Of a stretch of DNA of 64,000 nt, positions 33,179 to 43,302 are shown in pieces; position 1 is the first letter of the stretch, and each line of letters starts with the position of its first letter. Origin of the DNA: a virus (Duplodnaviria > Caudoviricetes); IMG/VR virus record IMGVR_UViG_3300011113_000415; one strand, written 5' to 3'. A program made the translations under genes and the position numbers. Below the pieces are notes generated by a model. The model saw only the letters and a list, made by a program, of their open reading frames with translations, had not been told where the DNA came from and searched no databases.

Positions 33179-34223
33179 CACGCTTCGCACAGAAATTCTG
33201 GATGTGACAGATGAAGTGTTGCGTTCAGGTGTTCTTATGAATGGCAACTACACCGCCGAATTTGAATCATGGTTAGCCAAGAAGAATAGTGTGAGTTATG
33301 CTGTGACCTGTCACTCAGGCACACAAGCACTTGAGATCTTGGCCAATTTTTATCGCGACCACGACCTGGCCTTTGTACATCCTCCCACAGTGATAGTGCC
33401 GGCCCTAACCTATCCTGCCACTGCCAATGCCTTCTTGCGATCAGGTTGGCAAGTAATCATTGGAGATACTGACCGTTATGGTCAGATTGACGTGAAAAAA
33501 ATGATCCAGGACCTAGACACACATTATCATGCTGTATGTGCTGTGGGCCTGTATGGGGCGGCCTTGCGTGACATGCCGCCAGTTGAAAATCGAGCCATCT
33601 TGATAGAAGATGCCGCACAACACTGGCTCAGCGATGGATGTAAGAGAACCGGCGTGGCCGCAGCCATCAGTTTTGATCCCACAAAGAACTTGGCCAATTA
33701 CGGCAATGGTGGTGCCATAGTGTCCAATGACAGAAATCTCTTAGACTATGCAAGAAACTGGATCAACAATGGCAAGCACACACGGCACGATCAGACTGGC
33801 ACCAACTCCCGAATGAGTGAAACAGATTGTGCTCAAATGATGATCAAAACACGACACATTGATGCCTGGCAAAAGCGGCGAGCAGACATTGCCCATTACT
33901 GGATTAGTCGACTCAAGAACACAGGCATACGTACCTTGATTGATGATTCTAACTTTTCAACTCACTGCTATCACAAATTTGTTATCGAACTAGACTCAAG
34001 AGATCGTGTGCAACGCAATCTGGCCATACGCAAGATTGAAACCCGGATACACTATGCTGAACCTTTGCACGAACTACCTGCGTATCAAAATCTTTCGGGT
34101 CCAGATCTACTGAGTCCGGCCAGTGCGCTGAGCCGCCGTTGTCTAAGCCTACCTATCTACCCGGAGTTGACAGATTTAGAGGTGGAATACATCATGGATC
34201 AACTGTTAGATTCCGCTTCATAA
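33126..34223 (+). CDS. DegT/DnrJ/EryC1/StrS PLP-dependent sugar aminotransferase; true start uncertain (ATT 33126 or GTG 33204)
   Basis: SGTQAL, IEDAAQ, SFDPTKNL..GNGG, GTNSRMSE, LSLPIYP. Confidence 0.9.
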   Translation: MTTTGLTIPHTGLRKQYNTLRTEILDVTDEVLRSGVLMNGNYTAEFESWLAKKNSVSYAVTCHSGTQALEILANFYRDHDLAFVHPPTVIVPALTYPATANAFLRSGWQVIIGDTDRYGQIDVKKMIQDLDTHYHAVCAVGLYGAALRDMPPVENRAILIEDAAQHWLSDGCKRTGVAAAISFDPTKNLANYGNGGAIVSNDRNLLDYARNWINNGKHTRHDQTGTNSRMSETDCAQMMIKTRHIDAWQKRRADIAHYWISRLKNTGIRTLIDDSNFSTHCYHKFVIELDSRDRVQRNLAIRKIETRIHYAEPLHELPAYQNLSGPDLLSPASALSRRCLSLPIYPELTDLEVEYIMDQLLDSAS

Positions 34224-36006
34224 ATGCATAGGTTGCCAACCAAGACCACTCATAACTTTTCTTGAGAGCCTCAAAGTCTCCACCAACCTGTTCATAGTAC
34301 TCTACAGCATCCTGCGCACCTTTGGAACTCCATTGTCCGGCTCCATGATCCACATCAAGCCAAACTTTCAATCTATATTCATTCTCCACATCAGGCAAAC
34401 TGGCTCGCAGTTTCAGTGCTTCACGGAACGCTGTGCGCCAAGCGATCCAGTTTGAAGTGTAATATATGGCTTCTCCTGACAAGATGGGCACAACTTCGTG
34501 TGGTTGATCCAAGGTGAAATCCAGTCCCTGTCCGGTATTTTCTAGCACCAACTTCCGATTATAGGCAATCATGCCTTGGTGACCGTATTCGAGATCGTTG
34601 ATGCTGTTTCTGGCATGAAAGATATAGTGCTTGGCCTGTTGCATGCGATCCGGCTGCCAACTCCAATCAAAGTCTTTGTTTACACGCAATTTGGCAAACA
34701 CAGCAAAGAACCAAGGTGTGGTACTCATTTCGGCCGCGGCATGATAGGCCGCCACACGCCCCGACACACCATCTGACCAGTGTATCCTATTGACAGCAGG
34801 CTGGGCCACAGTTGTTAACCAATTGAAGTTGGCTTCGGTATCCTTTTCACCATTAGAGATAAACACAATATCTAGGGGCTGATCTATATCATGTACACGA
34901 TGTGTTTTGTCTATATAGGGATAGTCATATAACTGTGTCTTGATATAAGGAACTGCTGTTTTGGGAACAATTACACTGCTGGCACCTAACGAAAGTGGTA
35001 CAACAGTTTTGGTTAGTTCTCTCCATAGCGGGATTGTTATCTTGGGCAACGATTCTGACTCACTTTTTGTAAACAGAGCCAATGGCCCTGCCCAGTCTAG
35101 GCTTCGAACAGCATCTGCTTGACTATCTAAATCATGTGTGATCACGGGTATAGGTCTACGTGGCACACTTATACTGATAAAGTTCACATCATACCATTCC
35201 AGCAAATCAACATGTTCTGCTCGAGCCGCAAATGTAGGCACATGCATAAAGAATGTGTCTCCAAATTTCTCTCCATTAGATGCAAACACATGCAACATTG
35301 TGGCTTGCCATTGCTCAGGGTGCCATGAAAAATCAAAGTTGGTGTAATCGCAAATTGAGGAACACACCCACACAAATTCATGTTCGGTGCCTATACTTCG
35401 AGCCAGTCGAATTAAAGTATCTCTATAGTTGTCAAAATATCGCACAGTGCGAGTGGTGTTGGCAATTTTCCCTGCGGCACCATCCATGTGATCAATTTCG
35501 TATATGGCTGTGGCCACTCGATTGGTGTGTACACGTATCTGATCCACAAACTTGATATCTGTGGCGCCAGGCACTCGATACTGTGGACCACCAGTGCGTT
35601 GGTGTTGTGTGCCAAATTGATATATGTAGGGAGGGTCTGTGAAGTCAGGATGCCAGGTCCAATCAAAACTTGCGGTGTCTATACCTTTAGGAACTTGCCA
35701 ACGACTTGGTTCTTTATGCACACGATTTACAACAGGTTCAGTATGATAATTAGTATCTGTGTATCCTTGTCTGGGCACAAGATACACACCAGCATCTTTT
35801 TGCCACTGGCTGGGCCAAGCATGTCTCTGATGACTTTGCCAGGGCGGGGGCTCCCAAAGAAAATCAAATGCCGAATAGTCCGCTAAGTATGTGATCCACC
35901 AAAAGTATCTAGTACGACTTTGCTTTTGTGCCTGTTCAACTGATTTTACCTGCCGTTCATGCGGAAATAAATTGGGTTTGGTGCCTGTATAAAATACATC
36001 AAACAT
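34192..36006 (-). CDS. glycosyltransferase-like phage protein
   Basis: DIVFISNGE, WRTAFREALKL; resembles 50935..51861. Confidence 0.7.
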   Translation of the reverse strand: MFDVFYTGTKPNLFPHERQVKSVEQAQKQSRTRYFWWITYLADYSAFDFLWEPPPWQSHQRHAWPSQWQKDAGVYLVPRQGYTDTNYHTEPVVNRVHKEPSRWQVPKGIDTASFDWTWHPDFTDPPYIYQFGTQHQRTGGPQYRVPGATDIKFVDQIRVHTNRVATAIYEIDHMDGAAGKIANTTRTVRYFDNYRDTLIRLARSIGTEHEFVWVCSSICDYTNFDFSWHPEQWQATMLHVFASNGEKFGDTFFMHVPTFAARAEHVDLLEWYDVNFISISVPRRPIPVITHDLDSQADAVRSLDWAGPLALFTKSESESLPKITIPLWRELTKTVVPLSLGASSVIVPKTAVPYIKTQLYDYPYIDKTHRVHDIDQPLDIVFISNGEKDTEANFNWLTTVAQPAVNRIHWSDGVSGRVAAYHAAAEMSTTPWFFAVFAKLRVNKDFDWSWQPDRMQQAKHYIFHARNSINDLEYGHQGMIAYNRKLVLENTGQGLDFTLDQPHEVVPILSGEAIYYTSNWIAWRTAFREALKLRASLPDVENEYRLKVWLDVDHGAGQWSSKGAQDAVEYYEQVGGDFEALKKSYEWSWLATYAFMKRNLTVDP

Positions 36007-37135
36007 GATTAGAATAGACGAAATTTACGAAAATACATTTTTACCCTGGGTGCAAAAAAATTGTCCCAATACTTCACTATTTTATTGTGATCCTTTTGGT
36101 CGAAGCGATCCTGACAGTATTCTCTGCAGAGGACTTGCGGATGGTGGAGAGAAAAATAGCATATTCTTTTTTGATCAGGAACCTATACAATTAACTCAAC
36201 ACATTCCAACTTTTGACCGTTATTTTATGAACACTGGCTATGCCGCTCTTGATTGTAAATTTGTAGTATCTAGTGAAACCAACAGTGACAATCTTGATTA
36301 TATATGCAAACGTTTTCATTTGCGACCTTTTTATTATTTTTTCCACGGTTGGGCGGCATTGGATTGGTATAGAGGATACGACAAAACATTTTTGATCAAA
36401 CCACCGGATCAAAGACAAATAAAAAAAACTTTCTTTAGTCCTAATCGTATCATTGGAGGGGAGAGGAAACACAGAGTTTTAGGATTGTACCATATGGCAA
36501 GGCTCAATCTATTAGACAATCATATAAGTGTTCCTGAAGTTTGTCCTGTGGAAAACCAATCTATTCAACAAATTGCTTCTTATTTTGAAAATTATTGGCC
36601 CGCGCCCAATTGGGGTATAATGGATACAATATCAGCCATGTCTGTGCCTAGACTTTTTCCTGGAGAAGATACACAGAAAATGAGTAGTTGTTGGTTAGAT
36701 CAATTCGACCTAACAGCCGAATCTTTGGTATACTATGTTAGTGAAACTGTGTATTTTGGACGTAGACAACATTTAACAGAAAAAACATTTAAACCCATTG
36801 CTATGGGAATGCCATTCATTCTCAACGCACCTGCTGGTAGTCTTGCCTATCTTAAAAAATACGGATTCAAAACCTTTGACGGCATATGGAACGAAGGTTA
36901 TGACCAAAATACCAACGATTTAAATCGAGTTGAAGACTCGGTCAAAATATTGCACGGATTAGAGAGTCTTTCTCAGAAGGAAAAACAAAAAATATTTGAA
37001 AGATGCATTCCAATTATTGAACATAACTGGAATCATTTTTATAATGGTGGATTTGAAAAACTTTTGTGGGAGGAATTAACTTCCATGTTAGACAATCTCA
37101 AGGCAGCAGTGAATGGTGATTTATCTAGCCATTGA
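36005..37135 (+). CDS. ET..TEK.FKPI family protein (possibly glycosyltransferase-like)
   Basis: SETVYF..HLTEKTFKPIAMGMPF..LKKYGFKTF. Confidence 0.75.
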   Translation: MIRIDEIYENTFLPWVQKNCPNTSLFYCDPFGRSDPDSILCRGLADGGEKNSIFFFDQEPIQLTQHIPTFDRYFMNTGYAALDCKFVVSSETNSDNLDYICKRFHLRPFYYFFHGWAALDWYRGYDKTFLIKPPDQRQIKKTFFSPNRIIGGERKHRVLGLYHMARLNLLDNHISVPEVCPVENQSIQQIASYFENYWPAPNWGIMDTISAMSVPRLFPGEDTQKMSSCWLDQFDLTAESLVYYVSETVYFGRRQHLTEKTFKPIAMGMPFILNAPAGSLAYLKKYGFKTFDGIWNEGYDQNTNDLNRVEDSVKILHGLESLSQKEKQKIFERCIPIIEHNWNHFYNGGFEKLLWEELTSMLDNLKAAVNGDLSSH

Positions 37136-38303
37136 TCATAGAGACCATATATCTGGCAGGCCCATGCCCAATGGTATTCCTTTGGAACAACATCACATGA
37201 TCGAGCATATGGATAGTTATAGATTAGATTATCCAAGGATTATATATTATCTTCACCAATGTCGTATTCCAATGCAAATTGTTTCAACAGTTGATGCGCC
37301 TTTAGGTTCTTGGTATCCGGTAGTCTTGAGTTGGTTTGATTTTTCATTAGACTATTTTACAATGATTAGTGCAGTTGCTTTTGAACGCATACAGAAAAAA
37401 CAAATGCGTCTTGTGTTTACCTATCACGAAGGAGATAATCCTAAAAGAATAAGAGAAAGAATCAATCAGTTGTGCGCTGATCACTCAGTTGATCCTACCA
37501 TGACATGGCTCATAAGCGGTAACAGTTCAGCAGATTTAGTACCCGGTTGTATATACTGGCCAGAATTAGAATTTATGTATTGGCGTACAGTTGATAGATC
37601 AGCAGGTGCTCAGTATCATGAACACGCAAGATCGCGTGCGTTTACCGGATTGTGCAGGATAGACAAATTGTGGCGCAAGGTGTTCATGAGCGAACTATGG
37701 GCCGAGAATTTACACAATAATGGATACTTTAGTTATACCCAACACTTGCTAGGCGGCGAAGACAACTACTTTGAATGTGCATTGCGTAATGGTTATCTTC
37801 AAAAAAAACAAAGTCAAGTTGATAAATTTATCAAGGCAGGCCCTTTTTATGTTGATACCTTAGACTCACATGCTCACAACAATTATTCAGTGAATATGAC
37901 TGAACTGTATGAAGACAGTTATTTTAACATTGTATTGGAGACTATGATTGATGTAGACAACTCAGGTGGACAATTTTTAACAGAAAAAACATTCAAACCC
38001 ATATTCAATAATCAATTTTTTGTAGCGGTAAGCAGTCACAATCATATGGCACACCTGCGCGAACTAGGATACCAAACTTTTGGACGTGTGATAGATGAAC
38101 ACTATGACTCAATTGACAACAATCAACAAAGATTTGAGGCTGTGTTAGAAATCACTAAGAGTCTGTGTGCTCGGCAATTATCAGAGTTGCATGAGATCTA
38201 TCACGAATTACGGCCCGAGATCACGCACAACCATCAGGTGTTCATGGCAGGTATGAGGCATAGATTACAGGCCGTAGTTGATAGAATCAACTGCAAACAG
38301 TAA
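37113..38303 (+). CDS. ET..TEK.FKPI family paralog
   Basis: LETMI..FLTEKTFKPIFNNQFF..LRELGYQTF. Confidence 0.75.
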   Translation: MVIYLAIDHRDHISGRPMPNGIPLEQHHMIEHMDSYRLDYPRIIYYLHQCRIPMQIVSTVDAPLGSWYPVVLSWFDFSLDYFTMISAVAFERIQKKQMRLVFTYHEGDNPKRIRERINQLCADHSVDPTMTWLISGNSSADLVPGCIYWPELEFMYWRTVDRSAGAQYHEHARSRAFTGLCRIDKLWRKVFMSELWAENLHNNGYFSYTQHLLGGEDNYFECALRNGYLQKKQSQVDKFIKAGPFYVDTLDSHAHNNYSVNMTELYEDSYFNIVLETMIDVDNSGGQFLTEKTFKPIFNNQFFVAVSSHNHMAHLRELGYQTFGRVIDEHYDSIDNNQQRFEAVLEITKSLCARQLSELHEIYHELRPEITHNHQVFMAGMRHRLQAVVDRINCKQ

Positions 38304-39768
38304 CACCATACAACTGTTCAAATCTATCAGCGTCTGCCCGATCATTGACCATGGGCTCACCGCGTATGTTGAGACTGGTGTTCAACAACATCGGGCAGCC
38401 AGTCATCACATACCATTTCTCAAGCAGTTCTCGTATTCCTGATCCATCTTTCGGCACAGTTTGAACACGACTAGTGTTGTCAACGTGAACAATAGCAGGA
38501 AATAACTCAGGAACCCTACAGCGAGCGACTGACTGCATATACCTACTATGATGCCAACCACTAGGCATATCAAAGTAAGTATCACATAATTCCTCCAGTA
38601 TAACTGGCGCAAAGGGTCTAAATTGTTGTCTGCGTTTGATCTCATTTACTTTCTCCTTGATCTCGCTGCCTCTAGGGTCTGCAAGGAGGCTACGGTTTCC
38701 GAGTGCGCGGGGGCCGAACTCGGCTCTTCCTGATGCCACTCCGACAATTTTATCACTAAGAAGCCGGTCCAATAACTTGTTAACAGGATAAACACCTGGA
38801 ATGCAATGGCCCAAATAACTGTCGCGCCAGTTAATTCTACGCCCAAAAGCCAAAGCGGCAGCACCGAGACTGCTACCAGCGTCACCAGGGCAAGGCATAA
38901 TCCAGATTTTGTCAAAGTAATCTCCTAACATGCGGTTGGCTGTGCAATTTAAAGCCACCCCACCCATATATACCAAGTTTGCACTAAAATTCAAGTTTCT
39001 TGCACGAATCATGACTTCGCGAATCAAATCTTCGGTGACCAACTGCGCGGCAGCCGCAATGTTTTCTGGGCTTGAATGCTCCAAAAATTCAGGATCCATG
39101 CCAGTATGAAAGTTGCGTTTCATACGTATGTCACGCTGATCTGCAATCACATGTTTGCGCATGTCCTGATACCATGTGTTGCGGCCCCAGGCTGCCATGC
39201 CCATGGTGATATATTCTTCGTCCAGGGGGTGTAGACCAATGCGTTCGGTGACTGCACTGTAGAACAAACCAATTGAGTGTGGATACAGTTGACGCCACAA
39301 CCGACGGTACTGAGCCCGACCATTTCGATCATATTCTGCACCCCATATGCTGATGGTATCCCATTCGCCTATGGCATCTATTACCACCACTGTGGCACGT
39401 TCAAACGGTGATGTTTGAAATCCTGCGGCTGCATGACTCAGGTGATGATTGTAGTTTATAAATTTGCAATAATCGGTGGCCAAGCCGGGCAACTGCGATC
39501 TCAGTATTTGTCGAACAGTTATTTTGTCTCGATCTATGCCTTGACCTGCATATAATTGTCTCAGTTGTTTGGCCCAAGGCCTTTCATAATATGCAATAAC
39601 ATCTATGTCGCGTCCATATAGTTCACTTACCAATGCAGGTGCAATGTTGGCATCATTTTTTATTTTGCTGTAGCGTTCGCTATGACTAGCAAACAAGATT
39701 TCACCTTCAGGCGAAATTACAGTGGCGGCCGCATCATGGAAACCGGCCGAAATGCCCAGTATGTTCAT
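38287..39768 (-). CDS. carbamoyltransferase (NodU/CmcH family)
   Basis: HDAAA, HHLSHAA, DAIGE, GGVALN, RAEFGPRALGNRS, RQQFRPFAP, LNTSLN. Confidence 0.95.
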   Translation of the reverse strand: MNILGISAGFHDAAATVISPEGEILFASHSERYSKIKNDANIAPALVSELYGRDIDVIAYYERPWAKQLRQLYAGQGIDRDKITVRQILRSQLPGLATDYCKFINYNHHLSHAAAGFQTSPFERATVVVIDAIGEWDTISIWGAEYDRNGRAQYRRLWRQLYPHSIGLFYSAVTERIGLHPLDEEYITMGMAAWGRNTWYQDMRKHVIADQRDIRMKRNFHTGMDPEFLEHSSPENIAAAAQLVTEDLIREVMIRARNLNFSANLVYMGGVALNCTANRMLGDYFDKIWIMPCPGDAGSSLGAAALAFGRRINWRDSYLGHCIPGVYPVNKLLDRLLSDKIVGVASGRAEFGPRALGNRSLLADPRGSEIKEKVNEIKRRQQFRPFAPVILEELCDTYFDMPSGWHHSRYMQSVARCRVPELFPAIVHVDNTSRVQTVPKDGSGIRELLEKWYVMTGCPMLLNTSLNIRGEPMVNDRADADRFEQLYGVTVCS

Positions 39769-39866
39769 TTGTAGATAAATGGATCTCGCTTGCGCAATTC
39801 TTTTAGTTTTTTACGATATCTAATTTCCAATGTAATTCTTGCCCAAAGTCTGCGTATCCAATTCAT
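39765..39866 (-). CDS. 33-aa basic protein MNWIRRLWARITLEIRYRKKLKELRKRDPFIYK
   Basis: ATGA overlaps at both ends. Confidence 0.6.
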   Translation of the reverse strand: MNWIRRLWARITLEIRYRKKLKELRKRDPFIYK

Positions 39867-40900
39867 TTCATGCTCCTGATTTGTTGTTCCATATAATCTG
39901 AGTCACTCCAGCGGTAATCATACGTGGCCTGGGCGGTACTGGTACGTATTGCGTACACATCTTGATGCTGTCTCAGTTGTGAATATATGGCTTCCCAGTT
40001 TTGCGTACCAAAGGACCTCAAGAGATCAACCTGTCCGATTTGAGGATGACCGATTGTGAGACTCGGGTCATCTGGGTCAAATCCATTCCGTTCAAGCCAT
40101 TTTCGAAATTCTGCCAACTGTTGCTTTTGCCAATGAAATGCACCGGTATCACGGGCCCATTCAATATCAAAATCACCAGTCGCTTGAGTCTGAGTACGTA
40201 ATCCTGTAGTAACCAGTTCACCGATGCGCGAATCTTTGCCTTCATCACAAAATACTTCCCAATGATGTTTGCCTACTGCTTTATTTACGCCCACATACAC
40301 CCCGCCTAATTTTCTGTTGATTGTTTCTATACCAAACATTTCAAAATCAGATTTTTCTAATTCAAAACGTGGAGCCTGCAACCAACACATGAGTTGACTA
40401 GGTCTGCGCCATTCGGGTGCCTGTATTGCTTTTCTCATGCTTAAAACTAGACTTTCCAATTCGTGACATAACAAGTTCAACTGACGTATGTGCCAGCGTG
40501 TGATATCATCTGCGGCATTATAAAGCGGACTCATTGCACCTGCTGTGCCTTGCAAATCTTCAAAATACCTATGCAATTGATTCATTTGATCATGATTGAT
40601 ATCTAGGTTTGATTGAATTACATTTGCGGGGCTAAAATAGTTTTCGATTCGATATTCCAACGTGCTGGAATTTATGGCGTTTATTGATCTATTGATTAAT
40701 GTACACAAATATTCAGCATTTCGTTCGCTCTCAGCCCAGCCCAACCAGCAGTAATTTTTTTCCAGGTGAAGATTACGATGAATAATATTGTTTAATGCAG
40801 TCAACCACTTGCGACTTAAACTATTGTCGGCCACATCTATATACACTGTCAATAATTGACTGTTGGTACTGCGTAGGTCTATTTCAATTGAATCAAGCAA
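39863..40900 (-). CDS. hypothetical protein
   Basis: long ORF in operon. Confidence 0.8.
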   Translation of the reverse strand: MLDSIEIDLRSTNSQLLTVYIDVADNSLSRKWLTALNNIIHRNLHLEKNYCWLGWAESERNAEYLCTLINRSINAINSSTLEYRIENYFSPANVIQSNLDINHDQMNQLHRYFEDLQGTAGAMSPLYNAADDITRWHIRQLNLLCHELESLVLSMRKAIQAPEWRRPSQLMCWLQAPRFELEKSDFEMFGIETINRKLGGVYVGVNKAVGKHHWEVFCDEGKDSRIGELVTTGLRTQTQATGDFDIEWARDTGAFHWQKQQLAEFRKWLERNGFDPDDPSLTIGHPQIGQVDLLRSFGTQNWEAIYSQLRQHQDVYAIRTSTAQATYDYRWSDSDYMEQQIRSMK

Positions 40901-42191
40901 TTTTCATCCACCATTGTGCCACTTCTGGGCGCTGACTTAGTATGTCTGTCATTGTTACTTTTTGTGTTCTTATTCGTTCTAGTTGCAACACACGAGCCTT
41001 GCCCTTTGCTAGACCTGCGCGATACTGATCTGGCCACTGTTCCGCAAATGTAGGCCGGATCTTTAATTGTAGCAGTACATCACGCATGGCACCTGCGGAG
41101 CGGCCTGCTAGTTCGTCTATCCAAGGGTCCAATAACTCTCTAGGCAGAGCCAGTGGACTCATTATGATATCTGGTGAAAAACTGAATATGACCTTGGCCA
41201 GTAATTCTACTTCCAACTCTTTGGCTAAAGAATTCATAGCATCTACTTCAAACATGCCAGGCAACGTGAGAGTAAAATCCAGTCGCATGTGTCTAGGATC
41301 AGTGGCTATCTCTAAACCTTTGCGGAAATTCACAAGGAATGATTCAAAACATAGGCCTGTGCGAAGATATTCTCCAATGTATCCTGTTCCGTCAAGACTT
41401 GCACAGATTTGCCAATCACGTATGTTTTGAAGTATATCTTTGTAAAGATCAATCCCATTATGAGTAATCCTACTGAGATTAGTATTGTATCTTGCATATA
41501 GTCGGTCTCCATCTCCTAATTCAATGATTCTTTGCATGTAGCGCCAATGTTGTTCATACATCAGTGGCTCTCCACCAACCCAATATACTTCTTCAACACG
41601 GTGTTCCTCAACTGCGGCAGCAAACTCGGCTTCGACCTGATTTGCTTGAAAGTGTGCTATCTTTCCACGTATATCTGATCGCATCCAATTGTTTTTTGGA
41701 TCTGCCCAGTTGACCATGTCATGAGACTTTTCTTCGCTTTCCCAACTGGACGAAAGCATATCTCCGCAGGTTCTGCATCGGAAATTGCATAAGTTTGAAA
41801 ACCTATAATCCCACGACACAGGAGTCATGGTCGTTGATCCATCCGGCAGTGTGTTATTGTAAACTTCTTCGAGTTTGTGTTGAAATAAATGATCAAAGTA
41901 AGTTCTGTACACGTTTGTATTGAGTAACTTGTCATTGCATACTTCGCATTCTGGTAAAGTTTCTCCGGCCATCATTCTGCGCCGAACTGAGCGCATGTGA
42001 TCACTATTCCAATGCTGTTCTAGTGTGATAGGAATGTAATGACCTGTGCCCGAGTCTGTGTCTATATATTGTTCAAAGTTTTGCGCAGGCTCACGGCTGG
42101 CACAGCACATGCGCCGCTCGGTTTGTGGGCTTAGATATGTATGCACCCAAGGTGCCAGGCACATGGTATCAGGCTTTTGCATAAGGTTCAA
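40893..42191 (-). CDS. radical SAM/twitch domain protein
   Basis: CLAPW..MCC..CEVC; CNFRCRTC; GGEPL. Confidence 0.9.
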   Translation of the reverse strand: MNLMQKPDTMCLAPWVHTYLSPQTERRMCCASREPAQNFEQYIDTDSGTGHYIPITLEQHWNSDHMRSVRRRMMAGETLPECEVCNDKLLNTNVYRTYFDHLFQHKLEEVYNNTLPDGSTTMTPVSWDYRFSNLCNFRCRTCGDMLSSSWESEEKSHDMVNWADPKNNWMRSDIRGKIAHFQANQVEAEFAAAVEEHRVEEVYWVGGEPLMYEQHWRYMQRIIELGDGDRLYARYNTNLSRITHNGIDLYKDILQNIRDWQICASLDGTGYIGEYLRTGLCFESFLVNFRKGLEIATDPRHMRLDFTLTLPGMFEVDAMNSLAKELEVELLAKVIFSFSPDIIMSPLALPRELLDPWIDELAGRSAGAMRDVLLQLKIRPTFAEQWPDQYRAGLAKGKARVLQLERIRTQKVTMTDILSQRPEVAQWWMKIA

Positions 42192-43302
42192 GTTCGGGGA
42201 ACACAGTCAACAAATTGTTACCTCTGTGTTGGTCATGATGTTGTAGCCATGCTAAAGCACTGGAAAAATCCCATCTGTTTTCAGCAAGACAACTAGTGAT
42301 ACAAGTGTCAATTGCAAATTCAATTCTTTCTGACACATGCCCAGCGTATTTGCTTTTTAGATTTTGATAAGCAGTCAACCGTTGATTTTTTATATCTTGT
42401 GGTAGATTTATGTAATGCATTTCTATAGGCTCATAAACCGGAGTTACAAATAAATCTGCTATAGAATTTTCTATTGCCCATTCAATCACTTGATAATAAC
42501 CCATGAGAGACAGATTGCTCAATGTCGTGGTCACCAACAAACTCATATTTGAATATTTTTGTGCAAGTAAAACACGTGACTCTAAATCTTGCCACACCGA
42601 TGGATAACGAAGATAATTATTTATTGGTCCTATTCCATCAATGCTGGCCTTGATATAAACATATTTAAAATTTTCACTTAAAAAGTCCAGTTTATCTTGA
42701 TCTATCAGTGTGGCATTTGTGTTGAGGTCCAGCGTGATATTTTTGGATTTGTTGTGTGTAACAAGATTTTCTAAACATTGAAAAGTCACTTTATCCCCAA
42801 AAGGTTCGCCTCCAAGAAATGTTATTTCTTCAAAATCAAAATTATGTACCTGGTCCAAAATTGAATTTTTTTTGAGATGTAGTATTGATCCTGATCGAAG
42901 CCCTAACTTTTTTAGTTCAATTTCTCTTACATAACTACTGTTGTTGACGCAAGACAAACACAGCAAATTGCAAGTATTACTGGTTATCACTTCTAAACTT
43001 GTCGGGGTTTGATTATAAAGCGGATTTGATAGAATCTCTTGTGTTCTTTCATCATGAAATTTATTATGAAGCAATCTAAAACTGTGTTTGTTTTCTTTTT
43101 CTTGATCCACGCAATTTTGGCATTGTACGGGGGCTTGTCCTGCCAGCAATTGAGACTTTACTTGCATTAACTCGTTAGAATCAAGATATTTTTCCAGGGT
43201 GGTCAATTGAGATTTATTTGTAGGCTTATACATGCAACAAGGAGCACAATTGGCTGGTCCTATATGCACAGCAGTCCAGGGCAAGTGACAGAAAAAACTC
43301 AC
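42169..43302 (-). CDS. radical SAM/twitch domain protein
   Basis: FCHLPW..PCC..CQNC; CNLLCLSC; GGEPF. Confidence 0.9.
   Translation of the reverse strand: MSFFCHLPWTAVHIGPANCAPCCMYKPTNKSQLTTLEKYLDSNELMQVKSQLLAGQAPVQCQNCVDQEKENKHSFRLLHNKFHDERTQEILSNPLYNQTPTSLEVITSNTCNLLCLSCVNNSSYVREIELKKLGLRSGSILHLKKNSILDQVHNFDFEEITFLGGEPFGDKVTFQCLENLVTHNKSKNITLDLNTNATLIDQDKLDFLSENFKYVYIKASIDGIGPINNYLRYPSVWQDLESRVLLAQKYSNMSLLVTTTLSNLSLMGYYQVIEWAIENSIADLFVTPVYEPIEMHYINLPQDIKNQRLTAYQNLKSKYAGHVSERIEFAIDTCITSCLAENRWDFSSALAWLQHHDQHRGNNLLTVFPELEPYAKA

Noticed and set aside
38406-38915. Hydrophobic ORFs overlapping the carbamoyltransferase on the same strand
   Set aside because: Alternative frames within a well-conserved gene, without RBS or independent support.
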